DNA of 64,000 bases, from assembly GCF_009834535.1 (NCBI RefSeq), contig NC_045698.1:1738001-1802000 (forward strand), written 5' to 3'. The position numbers and the translations under genes were made by a program. Position 1 is the first letter of the stretch. The number at the start of each line of letters is the position of its first letter. This DNA comes from Camelus ferus (taxonomy: Eukaryota). This document shows, piece after piece, positions 36,101 to 46,869 of the stretch. The notes under the pieces are model-generated. The model did not search any database. It saw nothing but the letters and a program-made list of their open reading frames with translations, and was not told the DNA's origin.

Positions 36101-39100
36101 TTCCACTTGGGGGACGAAAGGCCCGTACCCCTCTCTCCACCGCGAAGAGGCCGGTCCAGGTGACTGCACCCCGGACGCTAGCGTCCGGGCCGGGAGCCAC
36201 GGGTGATGGAGGCGGGAGTGTGGCACCCGAAGCCCAGGTCCTCCGTGGGGTGGCGTGCGCGGCTCTCACTTCCACCTTCCTGGGTCCACCCTGCCTGCCA
36301 CACGGTGCGCGGCTCCTCGCGTGGCCTCGCGTCTGGTCGCCTGCCCCTCGCCGCTCATCGTGTCCTCGCGGGACCTGGATCCGGGGCGCTTTCGTTGCAA
36401 ACTACCAGGAGGGCCCTGAGGTGAGCTTTCTGCCCCGAAGTCCTGAGTGGAAACCCAGTCCCTGGGTGTTAGGACTTTCCGCTCTAGGAAGTGTTTTTGC
36501 AACACGCCTCCAGCGCTTTACCCGGGAAGAAGCCGCCCCGCAAAGGGTTTTGTTTTATTTTGTTTTAATAAGTTGACTCCTCTTTCGGATTTGTGTTATA
36601 AAACACTCGGGGGATGATTGTCACTGGACAGACCGCCTCTGGCACGACGTGAAGCCTTGCTGTCACTTGCGAAGGGATGAAAAAGCGACGGGCTGGTGGC
36701 ACGGGCGGCGCAGTCAGCAGCACAGGTAGCTCAGGTAACGTGCGACTCCGGAGGTGCCCCAGGGGCCCACCGGCGAGACCTTAGCGATGGGCCCTGAGAC
36801 CCAGTCCCTAGAAAACACCGCTCTCCCCATACCTGCTCCACCCCTCCCCTACCGGAGGCCAGTGGATGAGGGCTTCTGACGACCTGGTGGAAGGGGGAGG
36901 GAGGGTCACGATGGATGCTCGGGAGGTCCACATGGGGTCGTGTGTGCAGGGTCCCGGCGGGATCGCTCACACAACAGGTGCCACTTCCTCGGAGGCCGTC
37001 TCGAGTGGGTGACCTGTAAGGGGAGAACGTGGTGGGTGGGAGCTCCGGCCCACAGCTCCCCCCCCCAACTTCAAGACCCCGGTCCTGTGGACTTAGAAGC
37101 TCTCGGAGTTACCGAGTTCGGGTCGAGGTCGCGCGGGCGCCACGCACATCCTGCGGCCTCTCTGCTGGGCACGGCTGCAGCTCGTGGAGCAGGAAGCTCC
37201 AGCAGCCGGCCTGATAGCCTGCGGGACCTTCAAGGCAGTCAGGCTGCGTCTGTCTTTCCCCAGGTCCATGGGAACCAGTTGTCAACTGCAGTGCTGAGCT
37301 CGAGTAGAACCCATCCTCCTTGGCCTGGAGGAGCAGCACTCCCGGTAGGTGTGGCCCAGGCACGGTTCCACAGGCTGCCTCCCCTATGAGCCCCCAAACC
37401 ACTCGCCCCCACTTGTCCTCCCAAACCTGCTCCCCCCCAACGCTTCCTACAGTCCACAGCCCAAACCTCCACACATCACCCCTCACCTCTCCCCCAGAAG
37501 CATTCCTCTGATGCCCCCAGCCCTGCCACACATTACTTCCTGTGCACTTTGGGCCGATGGGAGGATCTAGCCAGGGGAGTTTCAACAATGCTGCTACCCC
37601 AAGTAGTCCACCTGATTCAGTTCAGGACAGATATTTTAAGCCTCAAGAAGGAACAAGAAGGAGAAAGCTAGAAACCCCGGCATCCCGTGGAGCCGGCCCT
37701 AGACAGGATCCCTGGCATTTGTGGTCGTCCTGTGGGGAATCCGGCCAGGAAGAGGCCATAAATGAGCTTGGCACATGTTAGCTGGCCAGCAGGAACAGCA
37801 GCTGATCAGGTGACAAGCCTTCGGTTCGATTCCAATTACATAGTTAAAGTGAAAAAAAAAATCAGGTCTAATTTTTATCTCCAAGGAGGACTGGCCTGGA
37901 GTATTTCCATTTCTGAAGACCAGTTCCTGCTGTTGTTTCATTAGCATTTGGGGCTGCCCCCCTCGCCCTCCCCACCTCCTGCACCCTCTGGGCTTGATCT
38001 CTGCCAGGGGCAGAAAAGAAAACAGCAAATTATTACAGAAACATCCTCAGTTTGGAGCAGGAGCATAAGCTCCGATACACTCGATTTTGACATCAATTAA
38101 GTGCATAACCAGACATGTGCACGTGGCTTTGGAGGGTCTCCCGTGGCCCCGAGTGCATCTCCAGAAACGGCGCCCTGCTCTTCCCTCTCCCTTGAGCTCC
38201 ATGCTGCCGATTCTAAAGACAGCCTCTTCTCTGACTGTATTTCCCCCCAGCAATTATACTCCTCCACTGAAATCTAAATTTTCCATACTGCTGCCTGCTA
38301 CTAATAAAAACCGTCTACCTTGCACTATTAAACAGTCGAATCGCACTACATGCCGTTTTTATTGGTAGTGACTGTAGCAAATTAAAATGCCTACGCACAG
38401 ACATTAAAACTTACGCTCGGCATAGTTATTGGGATATATAAACTCCGTGTTACTTGAAAGCTCTCTGATTTTTTTAAAAATCACTTTCCCTTTTCTTAAA
38501 GTTGGCTTAGTCTTATTTTAAAAAAAAATCAGTCAGGAGAACATGCTGCCAGTGTCGAGGCTCCACGCAGCGGCTCCGTGCGAGGGGGGTCTGGATTCGC
38601 TGGAACCGCGTGTCGGGTTCCCGCGGGGAGCGCTCGGCCGCGCCCAGGGCCCCGCGGCCGTCTCTCTCGGAGAGCAGGGACCTGGGTGACTCGCTCCCGG
38701 GCGAGGAGGGTGTTCAGGCATGTGCAGCGCCCGGGTACGGACAGGCACTTGGCTCCTGTTGCTTTCAGTTGCCCTCCGAGCTGGAGTGGAACAGAATGGG
38801 AGACACACACGGGGCACACCGGCGGACTGCCCAGACAGCGCGCTCATCGGAACCATTACCTGGGCGACTGCCAGTTTCAGGTTTACGGTGGAGCCCCCCC
38901 GCTTCCCCCATGCATGCATTAAAAAAAAAAAAAAAGTTAACATGGCCACGTTCTGTTTCTTGTCCCAACAGTGGTCGATACACTTGGAACAAGTCGGCGT
39001 GGACATGCACGTTCCGACGAGCCGCGGTTTCCTGGAGGCCGTGCTCCGGGAAACGACAGACACGCGGCTCGGGCTCCGGGTCCTTCCCGGAAAGCGGCGG

Positions 39101-39380
39101 CGGCGCAGGCTGGGGCGTCTCCGCACGCGGTCCGCCCGGGGCTCCCGACCGCCCGGCCAGGCCGAGCAGCGACGCGGCCCGAAGTCGTGCGCGCGGGCGG
39201 CGAGGGGGCGCTGTGGCCCGCGGCTGCCGCCTCGTCCCCACAGCGGTGGCCCCGGCGCCGTCCCCGGCCACCGACGGGCAGCGGGCGCCCGGGCCCTGCC
39301 ACCTCCCACGTGGGTGTGATTCGGGGAAGGACACTGACTCTGGAGCATTTCAATAAAAGCTAAGCCGAGCAAGGCCTTTC
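36100..39380 (+). ncRNA. IRX2-DT: IRX2 divergent transcript homologue (IRX2-DT / C5orf38 / CEI); predicted exons ~36100-36420, ~36589-36725, 37264-37344, 38972-~39380
   Basis: Translated fragments VAPEAQVLRGVACAALTSTF, RGSSRGLASGRLPLA..GPGSGA..RRALR, FVL..KHSGDDC..TDRLWHDVKP and VHGNQLSTAVL match my recollection of human C5orf38, in order. Donors at 36421 (GTGAGC), 36726 (GTAGCT) and 37345 (GTAGGT); acceptors at 37262-63 and 38970-71; AATAAA at 39352-39357. The TSS cannot be determined from sequence. Confidence 0.75.
38560..39330. promoter_or_regulatory. CpG island over the predicted IRX2-DT terminal exon
   Basis: CpG-dense; contains the CTCF-like sequence CGGCGAGGGGGCGCTG at 39198-39213. 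Confidence 0.75.
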
Positions 39381-39671
39381 TCTCACTCCGCCTTTTTACC
39401 TTGTCTTCGCTGGAGTTTGTAAATTTGGTGGGAAAACAGCTACCACTCCAGAGGTAAATTAGGGACGGGGGTTCGATTGAGATTAAATAGACACACTTTA
39501 CCCGGTTCCTCCTATAAAGTGCCATATAAATGTAAGTACTTCCACTGTATCAAGGCAGGCTTCTGGTGAATTCTTAATAGGGTCTCCCTCCTGTCCCAGC
39601 GCTTCCTGGCGGGACTGCAGAGCCGGTGGCAGCAAGAAGGGGAGGGGGCAGCATAGGGATTCGGTTCTGCG

Positions 39672-39752
39672 TTTTCCTTTTCTTTTTTTTTTCCCTTTCT
39701 TCCTTTCTTTCTCTTTCTTTCTTTCTTTCTTTCTCTTTCTTTCTTTCTTTCT

Positions 39753-39804
<52 letters not shown>

Positions 39805-39823
39805 TCCTTTCTTTCTTTCTTTC
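39672..39823. repeat. (TTTC)n polypyrimidine microsatellite, ~150 bp
   Basis: Read directly from the sequence. Confidence 0.97.
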
Positions 39824-39959
39824 TGAATCGAAATACGTCGCTGTAAATTGCACAAAATTTAAGTCAGAATGAAACGTAAATGCCTTTGAAGCGTGGCTGA
39901 GCCCTCTCACTGATCTACAGACACGTGTGATTGGATCTCCGAGGTTCTCAAACTCTCTT

Positions 39960-40970
39960 CTGATGCGGCACCGTGCCTCTGAAGAGCAAGGCCGGAGGCG
40001 AACCGGCACAAGGCCAGAGGGTCCCCGCCACTCCCGTCCTGGACCCTGTGCAGGGACGCGGCTCGGGCGGTGACCTGGGGCTGGGGGCGGGGTGGAGCGG
40101 CCGGGACCTAGGACTCAGGACGGGCTCTTCTCACACTCCGGGCACCGTGTGCCCGGTCAGTGGCCCGGGTCTCCCAGTCCGCCGCCTGACTCCTTAGCTC
40201 CTGGCTGCTAACGTGTCCCTCCCGGTCTCCTTTAGTGGGCAGCACAGTTCCCATCGTCTGCACGGATGCCCCGCCTCCGACGTGCTTCCTGAAGTTTCCC
40301 CCGAGCAGCAGCCCGAGAATCCTCCCCTCGCCATTTCTCAGCGTCCTGCGGGTTTCTGTCCTCCCATCTCCGGGCCCTTCCCTTCTCCCCGCCCTCCCGG
40401 GTCCGCAGCCCCATGTCCCCGCGCTGCGCTGGCCTGTGCGTCCCGAGCCCGGAGCGCCCAGGAAGGGAGGTGGGGCTGCCGGAGACCAGCCGAAGGATCC
40501 AAGTTACGGAGACCCGTTTCCGGAGCAGCGAGCACCCGAGCGCCTTCGTTCTCCCATCGGCAGCTGTTTGGAAGGAGAAACATTTGCGAGTCCTTCGCCT
40601 TTCACGTTCACGGCCGCGCACATCGGCGCCCCGGACACACGCACGCGCACACTCGCGCTGCCTGGGGCCGTCCGGGGCCGCGGGAGCTGCTCTGGACAAG
40701 TGCAAACAGATGAAGAGTTGTCAATTTTTTTTGTTTTTGTTTTTTCTTTAAAGTGATTCTGCAGTTTTTGGAAGAACTTAGCTCACCCCGACCCCCACCC
40801 CCGTCCCTCCGGCAGGTGCTCCGTGGCTTTCTCATCACCGTTTTACGCGCCGCAGCGCCTCTCGGTGCGCGCGTGCGGATGCGGGTGCCGGCGCGCCCAG
40901 GGGCTGCGGAGACCGCAGGAGCCGATCTGACCCGGAAGGAGCAGGTAGGTTCCTCGCCGGCAAGAAAACA
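39960..40970. promoter_or_regulatory. CpG island upstream of IRX2
   Basis: CpG-dense by inspection. Confidence 0.7.
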
Positions 40971-41809
40971 TTGCAGGAGGAGGAAGAGTTCCTCGAGTTT
41001 TAGGACAATTTACTTTTATCAGGCAAGCGAGGCTGTAGAGAGCGTCTGTCAGGGGCTGTGTCTCATCTCCTTTGCTAACTTTTAATTCGGTTTGTGCACC
41101 CAGAGGGCTCCCCCAGACCACGATTCGGCGGCACGTAGTCACACGCACACGCCAGCCCTTTTACTCCCCGAAGTCTCCCACACAATCTGACACACCTGGG
41201 CTGCAGATCCAGAAGTCAGGGGGGATTTTTTTCTCCTTTGTAAATACTGGAAAGAGTGCAGAAATAAAATTTGTTCAATTGGATTGCATTATAAGTAAAA
41301 ATTTCAGTTGGACAGAAAATAAATTGCTGACCGAGGGGAAAGATCTTTGCAGCCCCCATAAATGGGAAAATTGTTCTGCAGAATCAGAAAGGGTTCCCAC
41401 ACTCAACAGGTCAAGACAAGCCACTCAATGGGAGAAATGGGTCGGGGCGCAGGCAGGCCCTCCACACATAGGAGCCTGAAAAGCCAAGCAGGCAAAGAGG
41501 TCCACATTCACCCGTGACATCATACAGTGTCTAAGATGTCACGGCACCCACTGGATGACACCAAAGACGGCCCAGGGTGTGCAGAGACAGGGCACCGCCC
41601 CCCCCCCCGGCTGCACTCACTTTCTTAGACTGCTGCCAAGAAAGTAGGGGGACACTGGGCAACACCAGAAGAAGCAGGAGATGCCCAGTCCCTGCCTCCT
41701 GCCCTTGGAGCCCTTTCCTCATCGTCCACCGCAGAGAAAATGCCAGGCAGGGGCACTGAGGCCCTGAGGCCCTGGCACAGTCCTTGCAGCATTGTTTACG
41801 AAGGGCAGG

Positions 41810-42300
41810 GTTGGGACCGGCCTAAATGGCCGTCAGGAGGGGCCTGGACACAGTCTGTGGCATATTTCATGAAACAGAAAGTTCCCCAGGGGGCGGAAGT
41901 GAATGAAGTGGGCCTGCTTGTGTCAACGTGAGTAAGTCCTGAAAGTACAAAGCTGAGTGGGAAAAAAGTAATAGCTTTTCAAAAAGGATGCAGACACCAG
42001 GATGCTGACTGCAGAATTTTACAAAAATACAGCATTATGTCTACTCTTTACGGGGTGAGGGTGGTGGCTGCAACAAGGCGAGGGGACAACGGCCTCCCCT
42101 CCTCTGCAGGCCTACGGAGTGCCTGAGAAGGGGAGAGGTGGGGGGGGAGTGACAGTCTATTAATAATATTTCATTCCTGAAAAGCACATCTGATGCACAT
42201 GTCACAAAAGATTATTAACTAGGAGTGACAGTCCCGTGGGATAGTACTCTGTCCATCCCTCTCATGTGAAATATTTCACACTTTGAAAATTAAAAATAAG
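41810..42300 (+). mobile_element. Old L1ME-type 3'UTR remnant
   Basis: CCTAAATGGCCGTCAGGAGGG..TGTGGCATATTTCATG..AATGAAGTGG..GTGTCAACGTGAGTAAGTCCTGAAA..GCTGAGTGGGAAAAAAG resembles the L1M 3' end. Confidence 0.55.
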
Positions 42301-43924
42301 TGTTATCATTTAAAGAAGTGTCATCGCTTGGAAGTAGAGTGAACTAGTTGAGAAGTACTTTCTTTTAAAAAAATAAATAAATAAAACTGATTTCTCAAAA
42401 ATTCACATTCTTCATCTCCTTCTTTCCTTCTTCAGTCTCCCATCCTTTGAAACATAAGGTCTTGGATTTGCTGTTTAGACCTTTACACAGATTGTCACTG
42501 GTGTGGATGTCTTTGGAACATCACCCAGAACGTGGCAGGGAGAAACAGGCTTCCTGAGCAGGGTGCATCCCACAGGGCCCGAGGCCCCTCATCTGGGACC
42601 TGCCGGCTAGCTGCTCACCCCATGGAAAGTGGAGGCCTGGCCTCTCGCTCTGCCCAGGGTCGTGGCCCTGTCACTGAGACCACCGGCCACCTGCACGCAT
42701 CTGTGGGAGAGGATGCTTTACCCTGGATGGAATTCTGCATCTTCCCCTACACAGAGCAGATGTATTTTGGGAAATTCAAATCAAGATTAGAGAGAGGGGC
42801 TGTGAGGAGACAGAAAGATGGGGGAGGCCACTGGGGAAGGACAGCCAACCTGGAAAGGAGAAGATGGGTAGGATCCAGGCTCGCCTCCCCCACAGCTGGG
42901 CTCCAGTCTCCAGCAGGCCCTCACCCCTCACATGCCTCGTCACTCTCAGAATAGAACTCCATGCCTTGCTGGCCCCTCAACTGCTTCTAGAAATGACTAC
43001 CTCTCTGCTGTCATTCTCCATTTCAGCCAGAGGGGTTGGGTCTTCCTACACAGATCTGCTCAAAGCCCCTGCAGAGCTGGAGAGGCCTTGAAGCCAAGGC
43101 CTGCAGCCTGGCTCTGTCAGTGATTACGGACGTCTGGCCTCCACATTTCGCCCTTTTCCTCAACCTGCTCAGAGTCAGGCAGGGAAGAGGCTGCTGCTTC
43201 CTGGGAAACACCTCCGTCCGGAGGCACCCTGCGCCTACGAGGACGAGGGCCGTTCAGGGCTGACGTCTGCCCACAGCTGTGGGCTGGCTGCCCTGGCTCT
43301 CTGCTCAGCTTCCCTGGCCCTGCTGGTGTCCTGGAGTGAATGGTCCTCTGACTCCAGTGCCACCCTGACTCCAGGCTTGGCAAGTCGTGGGCACCAGAAA
43401 CGTACTGATTAAATGAATCAATGAACGAGTGAATGGCTTGCTCTTGGCCATTCACCTTTTCTTCTAAAAGGTAAACCAGGGCTTTGAGAGAGAGAAACAG
43501 GACAATCACAGGGCCACTCACTCACATCCCAGCTCTGCTTGCCCCTTGGAGATCCCTCTGCACCTGCGTGTAGTGGGCACTCCAGGCAAATCCAGTCACA
43601 TCTCGGGGGGCTGGCACGCCAGGGTAAAGCAGGGGCAAGTCTGTAGGTTAAATTTTAAGGCCCAATGGATATGCACACTTAAAATAACATTCAGTTTTGA
43701 AAATAAATTCCTGAGTCAGCTATCATCCCCAAGCCTTGCATTCCTTGAGAAAAGTGAGTGTGCATTTTTTTTTTTTTTTTGGATCCCACATGACGCACAC
43801 TTGTTCCCAGCACACAGGCATTTGGGAAAAAAGGAACTTGAACAAAAGCAAACTGAACTTTGATGACGTTTTTAGTAAAAAAAAAAAAATTCAGAGTGGG
43901 AAAGAGTATTGCAAACTTTATTAA

Positions 43925-44010
43925 GGGTGGAAGGTATAGCTCAGTGGTAGAGTGTGTGTTTAGCAGGCACGAGGTCCTGGGTTCAACCCCCAGCACCTCC
44001 ACTAAATAAA
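43925..44010 (+). mobile_element. tRNA-Ala-derived camelid SINE (vic-1-type), short copy
   Basis: GGTATAGCTCAGTGGTAGAGTGTGTGTTTAGCAGGCACGAGGTCCTGGGTTCAACCCCCAGCACCTCCACTAAATAAA; A and B boxes present; homologous to the copies at 53357 and 59368. Confidence 0.85.
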
Positions 44011-44019
44011 CCCTTTAAT

Positions 44020-45440
44020 TAGATCCCAGCAAGGTTTCTGAAGATAGAGACAAACTTATTCTAAAATTTATTTTTAATGGCATGAGCTTTAGGAGAGCTG
44101 AAACAATTTTGACAAAGAAGAGTTGAGTGGGAAGAACCAGTCTACTTGTTTCCAAGATATTTCATGGTTCCAGAAATCAAGAGAGTGTGATGTTGATGGG
44201 GGAATAGACATATAGATCACTGGGAAAGAAGAGAGAATCCAGAAACAAGCACATTCAAATATCCCTGACTTAATATAACAAAGGCGCAACGCCATTCAGT
44301 GAGAGAAAGTTAATCTTTCCAACAAATGGTGCTGAAGCCATTGGCTATCCGTAAGTGCAAATACACACACAAGCTCCAACCCAAGTCCACACTTTGTACA
44401 GAGATTAGCTCAACATGGGTCATAGACTTAAATGGAAAATTATGAAACTCTTAGAAAAATAGGGGAGAAAATCTTCAAGATCTAGGGCAAATAATTCGTA
44501 GACTAGACCCCCAAAGCACAATTCATAAAAGGAAAATTTGATAAATTGGTCTCTGTCTAGTTTAAACCTTTTGTTCCCTAAAAGAATGAAAATTTGCAGA
44601 CTGAGAGAAAATATTTGCAAGACTATGCACCCAACAAAGGACTAGTATCAAGAATATATAAAGAATACTCAAAGCTCAACAGTAAAACAAAATAAAACAA
44701 AACAAAACAAAAACTGCAAAACAATCCAATTAGAACTTGGTTAAAAGACAAAAAGACATTTCACCAAAGAGGATACACAGAAGGCAACTGAGCTCATGAA
44801 AGGTGTTCAGCATCGTTAGCCATTAAGGAAATGCAAATTAAAACCACAGTGAAATATATGCTATCAGAATGGATAAAACAAAAAAATTAAAAAGTGACAC
44901 CATCAAAGGTTGGTGAGTGTGCAAAGAAACTAGATTATTCCTAACTTGCTGGTGGGAATATAAAATGGTCAATTCACTCTGGAGAACAGTTTGGCAGTTT
45001 CTTATAAAACTCAACTTGCAACTACCATGCACTCTAGCAATTGCATTCTTGGGCATCCATCCCAGAGAAACAGAAACTTATGTTCTCACAAATCCTGTAC
45101 ACGGATGTTCATAGCAGCTGTATTTGTAAGAAACAGAAATTGGAATCAGCCCAGATGTCCTTCAGTGGGTGGAATTAATGCTCAACCAGACGCAGGAGTG
45201 AGTTATTGGTCTACACAACAACATGCGCGAATCTCTGGAGAATTAAACTGAGGGAGGAAAGCCAATCCCAGAGGCTGTCTACTGCATGATTCGATGAATA
45301 GAACATTTGGGAAATTACCAAGGTTTGGAAATGGAGAATAGTTAGGTGGTGGCCAGGGCCGAGGGACAAGGGCTGGGGGGTGGGGGTGGGGGGCCCGAGG
45401 GAGGTGGGATGTGTTTACAAAGGGGAACAGGAGGGCTCCT
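44020..45440 (+). mobile_element. LINE-1 (L1M) ORF2 3' part and 3'UTR remnant
   Basis: ACAAACTTATTCTAAAATTTA, CTTTCCAACAAATGGTGCTG, CCATTAAGGAAATGCAAATTAAAACCACA, CAGTTTGGCAGTTTCTTATAAAAC and GATGTTCATAGCAGC are L1 hallmarks. Confidence 0.88.
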
Positions 45441-46869
45441 GGTGGTAATGCGAGTCAGCACCCCGACTGCGTGTCTTCAGAGACCTTCAAGGCGTGAGGG
45501 CGAGAGAGGTGTGTGGTCCATAAGGCACGGTGCTTCCTCTGAGCACAGGAAGGCAGGGCAAGTGACGAGGGGCAGTAGAAATCATGTCCTTCTGAAGATG
45601 CAAAGCCAGGAACAGCTTCCTCTGTTTTTCGACTTTGCTAAATATTTGGTGATTTTCAAAAGTTATACACAGAAGTGATGGCTTGGATGTTCACTGTCAT
45701 GGAATGAGAAGGAAAGCATGTTTTTATATTTTTTATCTTTTGAAATCTTTCACTTTTCCAGATTTTCACATTCATCTGAGAAAAAAATTCAGGGTCATCT
45801 TTTATATATAGATTCTGACTCATGGTAGGGAATCAGTTATACCTGAGATGACACACATATACTTTAATTTATGTTTAATGTTGAAACATTTTTAAATATA
45901 TCTCCCCTCATATACTAAAAGTCTTTTTCCTTCACCATTGCATATTTATCCACTTGATTTATTTTACAAGATGTGTAAGATTTTAAACCTGTAATATCAA
46001 CATTACTACTAACGGTAAATCACTGAGTACAGTTTTTTATTTTTTTGCAAATCTTTCAACATCTAGAAAATACCACATTTGGGGTGCACAGAGTGATGTT
46101 CAAAACTACCTGAAAATAGCATTTTGTCTGTTAGCAATTTTACACAAAGATTTATTTTTTTCTACCTATTCTAATTTTAGGGCTTCTCCCCTTTTCTGTC
46201 TGAGTTAAGTGCTTGTAATTCAATAACTCCCACGGTTTAAAAGTCCCAGAACGTGTACTCAGAAGTCTTGGCCCCTTTTGTTATCAACCCCCTCCCGGTC
46301 CATCTCTCCTGCCTTCTATCTGTCCGTCTGTCTTTGTTAGTTTCTAGCGAGTCTCCCCGCATTTCTTTTCACAAGTGTGAGCAGACACATGTGCACGTCC
46401 AGTGATGACAAGTCAATAAATGTCTCTCTTCCTTAGGAAACGTACAGCTTTCCATACCTTGCTGTTTCTTCTTAACAGTAACTCAGGGAGATCACTGCAA
46501 ACTGCTTTCTAAAGACGTCCCCCCTTTCCGCCAAAGTACCTGAATAGCATTCCCTCTGGTGGCGAGTGTCGTACTGATCTAACCAGACCCGCAGTGAAGG
46601 GAGTTCTTGCCACGTAGAAGCTTTCACTTTGTTCGCAGGGCCACGCGGGCAGCGCCTCACAGGATGCTTCTCAGTGGTGAAGGTGCAGCCTCGGCGTGGG
46701 GCCTGCGACGTGGGGTGCTGGTCATAGGGTGACTGCATGTGCAGTTTTACCCAGAACTGCTATATTTCTGTTCTATTTTGTATTCCAAACGTCAGTGTAA
46801 GAGACTGCATGGTTCTTCACAGCCTAACCAGTACAGACGGCTTAAAGAAACTTGGGATCTTCTAATCTG

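Larger units (their letters stand above)
32250..36420. promoter_or_regulatory. CpG island spanning the IRX2 gene body and promoter
   Basis: Very high GC and CpG density by inspection; boundaries approximate. Confidence 0.9.

Noticed and set aside
38533..39525. 330-aa minus-strand ORF and overlapping 190-250 aa ORFs
   Set aside because: CpG-island sequence is stop-poor, several frames are open at once, the product is Arg/Pro/Gly-rich with no recognisable domain, and it crosses a poly(A) run.
39512..40009. ORF with a Lys/Glu/Arg-rich (KKER)n tract
   Set aside because: Translation of the (TTTC)n microsatellite.
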